NCBI GenBank assembly: GCA_009602735.1
Contig: WELA01002856.1
Location: forward strand, 124,001 to 188,000
Length of the DNA: 64,000 nt
Reading direction: 5' to 3'
Origin: Mesotaenium endlicherianum
Taxonomy: Eukaryota
The position numbers and the translations under genes are program-made. Every line of letters starts with the position of its first letter. Position 1 is the stretch's first letter. A model generated the notes under the pieces. The model was not told where the DNA came from. It saw only the letters and a list, made by a program, of their open reading frames with translations, and ran no database searches. Positions 49,203-60,852 of this stretch are shown in pieces.

Positions 49203-52200
49203 AAGACAGCAACAGTCAGTTCTCCAGTCTACTGACTGTGAGGATGCTAGAGATAGTGAGTCGTCACTAGCTGCCCTTGTAGCAGGTATCATGGGTCCTG
49301 CTTATCTGGATTCACTATGCATGCCTGACAACCGGATAAAGGAGACCATCAGCAATATAGACATCCAGAGAGTGCACACTTTGAATACTCTTGTTCCACC
49401 TGATGTCCAACATTTCTTTGCTAAGTCGGGAGAACAATGCGAAAGTGAGGAAAAGACAATCCCCCCTATCCTACTGCATTGCATGATTGCAGGTAGGAAG
49501 GTGAGGGCATTTGTTGACGGAGGGGCGTCACATACTTTTATCCAAAAGGACTTACTTAAGCGGCTAAGGCTGCCTACTGTCACCCGAGGGAATAGAAATA
49601 TATTCATTGGAGATGCCTCAAGTATCCCGGGAGGAGTTATAACCAAGCCTATTGAGGTCCAGTTAGGTTCTGGCATTGCAGTTCTAACTGAAACGCTTAC
49701 TATTGAGGTACTCAACACTAGCTTTTATGATCTCGTGCTAGGCAGGTCCTGGCTTAATAGACATCAAGCTGAAGTGTGTTGGAGCAGAAGTACAGTTTAT
49801 GTGAAAGGAGCCAGTGATGGGCAGACTCACTTGGCACCCACCAGTGCTCTTCCTCTTGTCCTGTGTGGATGGCAACTGAAGGAAAAGAAGAGGCTTCCAG
49901 AAGGATGCAAGTTGCTGAATGCAATGGAGTTCGTCAAAAGCTGGAACCAGAAGGAAGACAGAATGTTCTGTCTGCTGCTAAGAGAGGTACCTCCTCAACC
50001 TGAAGAAGTGGTTGAGAAAAAGGTACACCCTCCGGAACACCCTACTGCTGCAAACATTGTTGCTCAGTACACGGATGTGTTTAATATGCCTCCAGGACTA
50101 CCCCCTAAGCGGGAAGTAGATCATAGGATTGATTTATTACCTGGTAGCCAGCCACCCTGGCAACGCACGTATGGCTTGTCTTATTTGGAGAGTGAGGAGT
50201 TGAAAACACAGAGTGCAGAGCTGGAAGAAAATGGTTACATTTCTCCCAGTAAATCACCGTACGGCGCACCTATCCTATTTGTTAAGAAAAAGGATGGCAG
50301 TATGCGGATGTGTGTGGATTACAGAGCCCTGAACAGAATTACAGTAAAGAACAAGTATGCTTTACCCAGAATCGAGGACTTGCTTGATACCCTGTCTGGC
50401 GCTAAGGTGTTCAGTAAGATAGATCTCAAGAGTGGTTATCATCAAATCAGAATTGCTGAGGGGGATGAACACAAGACTGCTTTCCGCACACGTTATGGAC
50501 ACTATGAGTTCAACGTGATGCCATTTGGACTGACTAATGCTCCTGCTACCTTTATGGGTGCTATGAATGACATTTTCAGACCTTATTTGGATAAGTTTGT
50601 GCAAGTTTTCCTGGATGATATTTTAATTTTCTCTAAAGATGAAGCTCAGCACACTGAACACTTAAAGAAAGTGCTGGACACTCTGCGGAAAAATCACTTG
50701 TATGCTAAAATGAGCAAGTGTGATTTCTTTAAGGAAAGTATTGAATTCTTAGGCCACGTTGTCAGTAAAGAGGGCATCAGTGTGGATCCTAAGAAAGTCC
50801 AGACCATAAGGGACTGGCCAGTACCACAGTCTGTCTCTGAAGTTAGATCCTTCCTCGGGTTGGCTAACTACTATAGGAGATTTATTGAGAATTATTCCAC
50901 AAAGGCCAGTAAACTGACTGACCTTACTAAGAAAGACATCGGGTATGTGTGGGGGGAAGAGCAGCAGGCTGCCTTCCAGACCCTTAAAGATGCCCTTTGC
51001 TCTGCCCCAGTGCTAGCCGTGTATGACCCCAGCAAACCGGTGCAGGTGGTTACTGATGCCTCTGATTTTGCCATGGGTGCTATTTTGTTGCAGCCTGCTG
51101 ACAAAACCACAAAGGATGATAAGATACGGCAGGAGTAGCATCCTGTGTTGTATGAGTCTATGAAATTTAATCCCGCGGAGATTAATTACTCAGTGCATGA
51201 TAAGGAGCTGCTAGCTATCATTCATGTGCTCAAACAGTGGAGAGCATACTTACATGGTAAAGCCTTTAAGGTGATTACAGATCATCTAGCTCTGACCCAC
51301 TTTCAGAAGAAGTCCAAGCTGTCGAGGAGGGAGAACCGCTGGAGCCAGATGCTGGAGCAGTTCCAAGTCCAGATCGACTACCAGGGAAGTTGAATCCTGC
51401 TAATGCTCTCTCGAGAAGACGTGACTTGCAAGAAAGGAACTTCAGTCAGCATGCTGTAGATAAAGTCCTGTGTGCACTCACTTCACTAAAGTCCTTCCTA
51501 GAACAACTTAGGAAAGCCTACCTTTCTGACCCAACATTTGAGCCCAGCCCCACTACTGGTGTGTGTCGTGCTACTGCACTCGGGTATAAGCTTAAAGGAG
51601 GGGTCTGGGTGATCGAAACCACTTCAGGCAAGCTGAAGCTGGTCATTTCTAATAACTTGGAAATAGGGTCTCTCTTACTGAGTCAAGCGCATGACAGTCT
51701 CCTGGGTGGACATTTGGGGCAGGCCAAAACTGTTGGCAAATTGGCAAAACATTATCACTGGGAGGGGTTACCCCGGGAGGTCTTGAAATATGTGAAGTCC
51801 TGTGACCAGTGTCAGAGAAATAAGTCTCGGCACACACCACCCGGAGGTCTCTTGCAACCGCTGCCCATCCCAGCTGGACGCTGGGAAACTATATCCATGG
51901 ACTGGGTGGTCTCACTACCAAGAACTGCCAATGGGCATGATTCAATATTGGTAGTAGTGGATAAACTGACAAAAATGGTCATTTTTACCCCCACAACTGT
52001 CAAAGTAACTGCACTCAAAACAGCGAGACAGTTCTACAACCATGTAGTATGCCAACATGGGCTACCCTCTAATATAATCTTAGGCAGAGACTCGAAATTT
52101 ACCTCTTAGTTCTGGAGAGCTTAATGGGGTTAATGGGAGTTAGGCAGCTGCTCAGCACAGCAAACCACCCTCAGACTGATGGGCAGACTGAGAGAACTAA

Positions 52201-52987
52201 CCGAGTTCTGTAGGAAGTACTCAGAGCCTATATTAACCAAACACAAGATAATTGGGATGACCTGTTACCTCAAATCCAGTTTGCGGTCAACAGTGCAGTG
52301 CACGCGTCAACGGGCAAAACTCCTTTTGAACTGAGCCTGGGTAGAGTCCCTAAGTCTCCTTTAGATGTGCTAGGGGAATCTTTAACTGAAGGAATTGACA
52401 CTCCGGTCTCCCTCCAGTTAACCCAGGAGTTTGCTGACACCCTGTCAGAAGTCCAACAAAACCTGTACAAAGCCCAAGAAAACCAACAAAAATACGCTAA
52501 TCAACACCGTCGGGAGCTGACATTTTCTATGGGCAATTTAGTCAAACTGCATTCTCAGCACCTGTACCTCCCTGGTGTGGTCAAGACTAAGCTTGGCCCT
52601 GTCTGGGTCGGTCCATATTCGGTAGTGCGTCGTGTCGGTCAGAATGCTTACAAATTGAACATGTCAGCGGACTACAAGGGTCACCCGGTCTTTAATGTCT
52701 CCTTCCTGGAACCATACATCAAAGGTGATACACTGTTTACAGGTCGGTCACCTGTCCAACCGGGACCGGTCCCCGCTATGCGGGACGGCGACCCTGAGGA
52801 ATATGAGGTCGATGAGATTTTAGACGCTCGCTCGGTCCGTCGATCGTCTAAATATGTCATGAAGTACCTCATCCGATGGAAGGGTTACGATGCCTCTAGA
52901 GACACTTGCGAATTTAAAGACCATTTGACTAATGCCAAAGGGACGTTGAAACGGTTCCACCTTCGGGCGGCTGGAGCACCTCCCTAA
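49203..52987 (+). pseudogene. pol: Pol of family B (PR-RT-RH-IN-chromodomain) with several stops and frameshifts
   Basis: Fragments 49291-51138, 51145-51393, 51390-52109 and 52298-52987. FVDGGAS, FLDDILI and YEVDEIL..YLIRWKGY. Confidence 0.92.
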
Positions 52988-53073
52988 CAGTTATTTCAGT
53001 TGACACGGGAAGGTGACAGGAGGTCCTGTCTCCATTTAAGTTGGAGGGGAAAATATATGACAGTTAGTGTGCG

Positions 53074-53815
53074 TGAAAGGGGCAAGGTGCCCTAGTGGAA
53101 GCGTAGTGACTCACAAGGAACAAAGCTAGTTGCAATCATACTCAAGAGTGCGGCATATTACTAACAAAGCTTAGGAAAAATACTCAACATTTTGAGTAGC
53201 AAGAAACTGCTCACAAATGATGTAGAATGAAAGGCCTTGTCATTACAAACCCGTAGAAATTTACAGAAGTGAAAATCTGATAAGAAACAAAGAAGTTATG
53301 CCTATTTATAATTTTCTGCCTAAGTGCTCCTCCCTAGGAGGAAGCTACGGATTTTCCTAAGTGTTCGTCAAATCGTCCCTTCCTGAATATTTGTGAGTAA
53401 GCCAGATCAGTCTAGTCTGACGTGTCGGGCCGAATTGACGTTCACATACATGCATCGACAGTACTAGAATATTCTATCTTAGACGCGCTAGGCTAAACCG
53501 AAACTTCTAGGTAAATCGACCTAGTCGGCACTCTGCGTCAGTCGAACTTACGTGAAGGTTCGAGTTCATTCTAACGGGCCAGATCGCTTGACGCTGTCGA
53601 TCAATCCGACGGTCGCGCTCACCGCGAATTAAGGACAGTCGTCAACCGACCTCATAACTAATTAAACTTCAGAAATCCGTAACTCTCTCAATACTTGACC
53701 AAATTCGATGAACTTTATATCAAATTGACCACCAAAATGCATTTCATACTATTATACAATCAAAACATACTTTCATGAAACTCAAAAATGCACGTTATAA
53801 ACCTATGACCTTACA
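53074..53815 (-). mobile_element. Solo LTR, family A
   Basis: Reverse complement of LTR-A. TSD GTGCG (53069-53073, 53816-53820). Confidence 0.95.
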
Positions 53816-54170
53816 GTGCGAGAGCGAGAAAGGGACAGTTATGTGAACCCTAAGTGTCAGCATAGTGACAGACGGGACGATTATGTGAATCCTAAGTGTC
53901 AGCATAGTGACAGAGGGGACAGCCTGGCCCACATAAAGCACCTTTGGCTGAAGGAAAAAGGGCCTCGCACAGCAATATATCACATAACACACCTGAAAAC
54001 ACATTCACACGGTTATGTTTAGCGCACCGCAACTACGTCAACTTCTAGCAATCACCTTGTAAGGTAAAGGGGAACGAATATACCATACTAATACAAACTT
54101 ACTCTCTTTCTGCAACTCCTATGACTAAGGTCGATATCCTACTGACTTGTGCCCTGGTTACATGTGCAGA

Positions 54171-55708
54171 ATGGCTCCCACCACACAAAAGGAGGACAGG
54201 AAGCGCAAGGCAGAAGAAGCCAGGAGGACAATGGAGCAATACCAGAAGGAGCTGGCGGCGACGTCCCTCACCAGGAGAGAACAAGAAAGGGTCCGCAAAC
54301 AACAAGAGGCGGCAAAAGAAGGAGAGAAGAAGAAGGATCAGGAAGCGGAAAACCTCAGGAAAGCTGAGGAGGAGAGACATGAGAAACAACAAGAAGAAGC
54401 GGCAGCGCCAGAGGAGGAGAGAAGGAAAAAGGCTGAAGCGGATTGGCAGAAGAGCTTGGCCACTTACAGGTATACTGTGGTGGGTGGCCAAAACTTTGAT
54501 AACCTGAAAGAAGCATTGTTGGAAGCCCAGGAGATCAACAGGCTGGAACAGACAACACTGCTACAGGGGGAAGAAGCTGCAGCACTGGATAGGTACATCG
54601 AGACACACACTGGTGTGGTCCTCTACGAAGATTATGCCAAGATGGTGGGCTATACAGCAGAGCAGGCCCGGTATCTCGCAGATGATTCAGAGGACAAGCC
54701 GGTCCCCATACCGAGAATAGTGGGAGATCAGAGACTCATCCGGATGGTGAGCATGCGGCCCGATAGCTTTAAGGATACGGTATTCTACCTCACACTACTG
54801 CCAGCTTACAATGAAGTTGAGAGAAGGAGCTGGGAGTACTTGGCCAGGGAAGCAGGACAGCAGATGTTCTCTCCCCACTGGTTCCCATGTAGACTGAGAA
54901 AGGCTGAGCATGGACCCCAGTACTACTAGCAGCCAACAAACTGGAGGTGGAAAACCGTCACAAACAAAAAGCAGGAGTGTGACCGAGCCCAACCAGACGA
55001 TTTCCACTATGGCCTAGACGGCTACCTCATCCTACCACCTCACATTGCCCCTTGGGACCCAGGCTGAATGGCTGCCTGAGCAATATAAATGCAGAGACCA
55101 AAGAGCACAGGAGGAGGGGGAGAGACTACTTCTCTAAGGGAAGCATGCCTTCGTCAAATGGGCGAAGAATGCAGGCCGGATTGATATCAGCAGGCTGAAG
55201 GTCAAGCAACCTACAGCGCACCCTTAGAAAGGGAGGTCAATAGACTACTCCATGTCTACCAGGGAGCAGGACGACCTAGTGGACGAGACTCCTACTCTCT
55301 CAGAGGAGGAGGATGAGGAGGAGGAAGGAGAAGAACAAGGCAGGGGAAGAAGCTGATCTGACTGTACTTGGCAGCAGACACAGGCAGAAATCCCCAGAGG
55401 ACAGGGGTGCTAGGAGAGGGACACGCGGGGTAGCCAGAGTTATGCCGGCCTCCCCCTTCGCTCAAGGACATGTACCTCTTGCCAATGTATTTCAGCATCC
55501 TACTGGAATGCCTGTCTATGTGGGGATCAACACCCAAGTGGGTGAAGAGCAGGCTACCATCCTTCGTTCTCGTCGAGGTCCAACTTTAGAACAAACGGGG
55601 TTCTTTAGAAGGCCAGCTGACAGACCTTGAGGGCTGTCCAGATCTAGGTCCAGATCTCAGTCTCCTGATCCTGAAGCCCCAGGAACAACCCCCTTGGTGA
55701 CAGGCTGA
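54171..55708 (+). pseudogene. Extra ORF of family B (unknown function), copy 2
   Basis: ATG at 54171, open to 54929, then continuing through stops and frameshifts to ~55708. Homologous to 13160-14834. Confidence 0.78.
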
Positions 55709-57667
55709 AGAGGCAGTCAGTGGGGGAGGCTGGTCAGGTTCGGTTCCCTTATTTAAGACTTCTGCAGTTTAATGTTGTCGAGGCGACAACAAGTTAAGTT
55801 GGAGGGATTGTAATGAATTAGTACATTAGTAGATATAATATTCACTTAAATATAATAGGTAGTTAACTTAAGCCTGCTGAACTCTAGTTAATAATCAGTC
55901 TGCTGGACTTCATATTTTATATTAGTTTAATGACTTAGCCGGAAGCAGCAGGCTGAAGTCAACTTAGGTCAGCTTGCTGACACTTTCTTTGTCAGCAAGC
56001 TGACTTCCGTACTCGGTAGCAGCAAACTGCCTGGATATGCATCTAAGTGTGATATGCTAGATGAATGGCCAGATGACATCCCTATGATGGATGGCGATTC
56101 GGGATGATGGGAGATGGCGGTGGATTTGATTAACCGAGGTCCTACCAACGCGGTTAGCTCTCGGGTAGGCGGTGCCATCGCACTGGCCGTTGAACAGTAA
56201 ACTCATTCCATGTACATATGCTAGGCATTGCTCTTGAGTTCGGCATTTGGAAACGAGGTCAACATTTTTGTACAGCTTACTGAGAGAGATCTGAAGCCAT
56301 GGCTAGAAGTCTTTGATACGTACTGTCTTCCAACCTTGCTTATGTATGAGTTTACTGATTGCATTATTGATGCTAGTTTACTTGCATTTGGCTTACGAGT
56401 AGTATTCACTGCTAGTGTGTGGTCTTTTGCTGTTAATTCAATTATCAAAAAATACCATAAAGGTTACTTGCTAATATAAAGATCTTTATTATTTGTTAAT
56501 CGCCTAATTGGTAAGTCGATTCATTTCATCGTTGACACTGAGGGCTTTTCTCAGCATTTCAACGTGAGTTAAAAAAGATCATGTGATTGGTCGAAACGCG
56601 CAAGATGGCCCTTTGAGGGCCACTCCCGGCACCCGACTTAGGCCAAGGAACTCCTTGGCCCGGTCGACGGCCTCCACCTTGACCGCATCTGCAAGATCGG
56701 CGGACGGGGGACGTTCTGACGATTTTCCCTAACGATTTCCCTTAACAATTTGTAACTCATAGCTGCTGGCGTCCTTCACGACAGCAGCGAGCGACCTGAT
56801 TGGCCAAGGTAGATCCGCCCGGCCGACACAATAAATTATGACAAACGCGAATTCGTGCAAATTCGCGTCAAGGTACGTTAACGGACCGTGAATGTACCAG
56901 CAAAAAGATGCGCCTCGGATCGTAACCAATCGGAATTGCTGACAATTGGTTGCAAGCCCAAGCGAACCATGTTGTGCAATTGTCACGTTATGCTGACCAA
57001 TCAACGAGCAACGTGGGACGACGACTTACCAGGCCCACATCGATTTAGTGAACTTGGAAATAAATTCAAAATTGCAACATGTACTGAAGCTCATTTGTGG
57101 AAGTCAACCTCAACTTTTTTGAACTTATTGATACACATTAACATTATTTGCAAAATCGGTCAATTGAATCCACCAATCAGAACGAAGTGGTCAATTTCCT
57201 CGACCACTTTCGGAAAATGACCATTTTTCGAATGGCTTCCATACTTAGTCAATTCTTCAGCAATTTTGGCACTGGTGAAGATTTGTTTCGAGACACAATA
57301 TTCGCCAGTGAGCGTAGAAATACCATCTTCGCCTGTGGTGAAGATGCCATTTTCTCCACCTTTGCCTGGTTATCGAAGAAAAAATATGTCTACGCCTTGG
57401 CCGGAGATGGGTGGAGATCCAGTTCTGGGGCGTTTTTGGACGTTTGGGCCAAAACCAGTCTCAGAGTGTACCCGATACAAGTCGTAATGCAATGACCACA
57501 CGCAAAAGAGACGTGTGCAAATATTTGCTCTTTTCCGTCCCTGTGATGATGCAAAGTCCATTCGCTCACCATGTGTTTTACGCTAGCTAAGGCAAGTATT
57601 GACACCACACGACTTCAAAGACGTACGCTTCACGAGGACGTTAAGTTCTTTTTAGAGCCGGGAGGAG

Positions 57668-58619
57668 TGTAACGATCTGAGCTCTTTATGTAGTGATTTG
57701 AGTTATTATACATTAGTTTGCATATATTTTAATGTTTTCAAATATATTTGAAGTCGTATGGTGTGGAGTCAAGTGTGTAGGTACTCTAGTAACTTGGTTC
57801 ATGTCCTTTGAACCTTCCAAGGCATTTTCGAAGTTAGAGGAAAGACCTAGAAGAACTCCATGTGGCAAAAGTCAGATGTGCCATTTTTAAGTCAAAAGGA
57901 CATGTGTACATTATTCTAGAAAGAGGTGGCAAGTTTTGGGATGTGTTGGGTGCCAACACATCAACATACACCTTCCTAGAAATTACTTATGTAGCAAGTA
58001 TATAAACAAGAGCTAGAACATAGAAAGACATTCCAGAATCACTCTTGTACTTGCCAAAATCCAGAAATATATTAACTTTCAAGAAGCCATCTCTCTTTCA
58101 AGAAGCTACCACTTGTGTTCAAAGATCCTTGTCTTGAACAGATAAAGTATTCTGTTTTACTAAGTACTTTATCTATCTGTTTCACTACACTTTAGGCGTA
58201 TTTGGGACATTTTCCTGATCACCTAACAAACGTTATCGTAATTATCCATATATTTATTGATAAATGATTGCATCTTCATGAATTAATCGACACAAGCATG
58301 TGCCGACTAATTTCTGGTCCATTGGCGAAACGACCAAGATGCTATTGCAAAAAGCATCGTAAAGTAAGTCGATTATTTCGCAATAGTACAACATAATAAA
58401 TCATTACATTAGCTTGATTGATTATGAAGGAACAACTTATTTATTTGATGATTAATTAACTTATTATGACTTTCGTTATTTCGGATAATGACAGTCATTG
58501 TTTTGGTTAATGACTGTCGTTAACCCGTAAGAAAAACCATTTGAAAGAGGTCCAAGGGAGCCACCGATTGATTCCGCTATGTACATTGTGTTATGAAGTA
58601 TAATACAAAAGTACATAGC
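57668..58619 (+). repeat. Putative 3' LTR of family E, interrupted by a solo LTR-C and a family B element
   Basis: Purine tract AGAGCCGGGAGGAG followed by TGTAAC. 58464-58619 matches 4904-5060. Confidence 0.75.
57689..58189 (+). mobile_element. Solo LTR, family C
   Basis: TGTAGTG...CACTACA with TSD CTTTA (57684-57688, 58190-58194). Confidence 0.95.
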
Positions 58620-59373
58620 TGTAATGAATCAGTATACTGGTTGATATAATATTCATTTAAATAATATAGTTAAATAAGTTCAGCCTGCTGAACTCTAGTT
58701 AATAATCAGTCTGCTGGACTTTATACTTAATATCAATTTAATGACTTGGCCGGAAGTAGCAGGCTGAGGCCACCTTAAGTCAGCTTGCTGACACATTCTT
58801 TAACAGCCAGCTGACTTCCGTACTCGGTAGCAGCGAACTGCCTCAATATGCATCTAAGTGTGGTATGCTAGATGAATGGCCACATGACATCCCTATGATG
58901 GATGGCGATTCGGGATGATGGGAGATGGCGGTGGATTTGGTTAACCGAGGTCCTACCAACGTGGTTAACTCCCGGGTAGGCGGTGCCATCGCACTGACCG
59001 TTGAACAGTAAACTCATTCCATGTACATATGCTAGGCATTGCTCTCGAGTTCGGCATTCGGAAACGAGGCCAACTCTCTTGTACAGCTTACTGAGAGAAC
59101 TCTGAATCCAAGGCGAGAAGCCATTGATACGCACTGTCTTCTAACCTTGCTTATGTATGAGTTTACTGATTTGCATCATTGATGCTAGTTTACTCGCATT
59201 TGACTTACGAGTATTATTCCCTGCTAGTGTATTGTCCTTTGCCGTTTAACTAGTTAACGGAAATACCATAAAGATTACTTGCTGATATAAAGATCTTTAT
59301 TAATTGTTAATCGCCTATTTGGTAAGTCGATTCATTTCAGTGGTATCGGAGCAGTTATCACAGTCTTCTTTGT

Positions 59374-60852
59374 ATGGTAAGGACAAGGTCTCAAACTAGC
59401 AACTCCCGAGACATGGAGAACCAGGATAACGAGAATGTCGAAAACCAGGCGGAAAGCCATGTAGCGGGAAACCGTACCTATTCGGAAGCAGTAGCGGATA
59501 CTGCAGCTAGGGAGGCTGCAGATGAGGCAGCTGCTATTGCCTCAGTCGCAGCTCAGCAAGCTGAGGAGGAGATAGCCAGACTAGAAGCTGAACAAGTAGC
59601 AAAGGCCGCTGAAGATATACAAAGGAGGGAAGGACAGCCAGCTGACGAGCGCACTGTTGAAGAACTTATGGCATCAAGGGCCAATGTTCTGAACCCACCT
59701 CCTGCCGTACAACTCAATGTACCCCTAGGTCAAATACGTGACCGGCTGAATGCGGCAGGAATTGCTGCTGCAGGAGCAAGAGGGATTGTTGAGGACACTA
59801 CTCAGCGAGTAGATGCCAATGCTGCTGCTGCATTTGCTAATCTACCACCCCAAAATGTAGACTTGGGAGCATTGTTCGTTCAGATGCAGTCGCAAATGGC
59901 GACCATGTATCAGTCCCAGCAGGAGGACAAAAGAATCATAATGTCCCTACTCCGGGACAGAGACCAACTGGGGTCTCACACCACTAGTGGTGGTGGCCGA
60001 GGGCCTAGTAAGCCCAAGCCGAAACCTCCCCAGGACTATGATCCTGAGGGAAACAGAAAATATTACCTGATCAAGTTTCTCGCGGATGTTGAGCAGTGGC
60101 TGGAGAACTACCCAGAACTGCAAGATTACGAGAAGGTCAGGCACACCGGTGCGCTACTGAAAGGCAGTGCCGCAGACTGGTGGCTTTACTGGAAGGAAGA
60201 GCGTAAGGCTCGGCAACTCGGTGACCCTACGTGGGTAGAGTTTGTCGAGAAGTTGCATGAGAAGTTTGATGTCATCAACCAGCAGGAGAAAGCTATCTAT
60301 GCGATGATCTCCCTGACACTGAAGCAGACCACTTCAGTTGCTGAGTTTGCTCAAAAGTTCCAAGAGAACATGATGAAGCAGCCTGATTTGCCAGAACGGT
60401 ATAGGATAGCATACTTCAGGTATGGCTTGAAATCCGAGGTCTCTGGTCATTTTGCTGAGAAAAAGTATGAGAAACTGGCTGACTTGATCCAGGATGCTGA
60501 CGCCTGGGATCAGCAGCAGTTCAATCACAAGCGCCAGAGTAACGCTTTGGTGTCTAAGATTGTCAAAAAGCCCCACGGTTCCTACAATGCAGTTGAAGGA
60601 GACCAGGCTGAGGATAATCAGGGTGATGAATATGAGTATGAGTACAATGCTATTCAGTCTAGAGGTAGAGGTGGTCCCTCTCGAGGTGGCTATGGAAGGG
60701 GTGGTGGTAGGACTAAGCCGAGACCAGCCTCAGCAAAATCTACTTGCTACCATTGTCAGCAGAAAGGCCACTACAGAGAACAGTGTCCGGTCAAGCACCT
60801 GCCTAAGGTCGAGAGAAAAGACCAGCCTTTAAAAGACAGCAACAGTCAGTAA
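59374..60852 (+). CDS. gag: Gag, family B (492 aa)
   Basis: Intact ORF with gag domain, RGG-rich tract and [14 protein letters not shown] knuckle. Confidence 0.95.
   Translation: MVRTRSQTSNSRDMENQDNENVENQAESHVAGNRTYSEAVADTAAREAADEAAAIASVAAQQAEEEIARLEAEQVAKAAEDIQRREGQPADERTVEELMASRANVLNPPPAVQLNVPLGQIRDRLNAAGIAAAGARGIVEDTTQRVDANAAAAFANLPPQNVDLGALFVQMQSQMATMYQSQQEDKRIIMSLLRDRDQLGSHTTSGGGRGPSKPKPKPPQDYDPEGNRKYYLIKFLADVEQWLENYPELQDYEKVRHTGALLKGSAADWWLYWKEERKARQLGDPTWVEFVEKLHEKFDVINQQEKAIYAMISLTLKQTTSVAEFAQKFQENMMKQPDLPERYRIAYFRYGLKSEVSGHFAEKKYEKLADLIQDADAWDQQQFNHKRQSNALVSKIVKKPHGSYNAVEGDQAEDNQGDEYEYEYNAIQSRGRGGPSRGGYGRGGGRTKPRPASAKSTCYHCQQKGHYREQCPVKHLPKVERKDQPLKDSNSQ

Larger units (their letters stand above)
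42905..56528 (+). mobile_element. Full-length family B chromovirus (LTRs 42905-43625 and 55809-56528) containing a piggyBac, a solo LTR-A and an internal triplication
   Basis: TSD TCGTT (42900-42904, 56529-56533), PBS 43627, PPT AAGTTGGAGGGAT. Confidence 0.95.

Noticed and set aside
53839..53920. 42-bp tandem duplication upstream of the extra ORF
   Set aside because: Real but minor and not duplicated in the same form in the other family B copy. No evidence of function.
54171..55708. env gene interpretation of the extra ORF
   Set aside because: No signal peptide or transmembrane stretch; the protein is highly charged.
59060..59100. Possible hammerhead ribozyme in LTR-B (GAAAC...CTGAGAG)
   Set aside because: The CUGANGA core is not matched and the helices cannot be completed.
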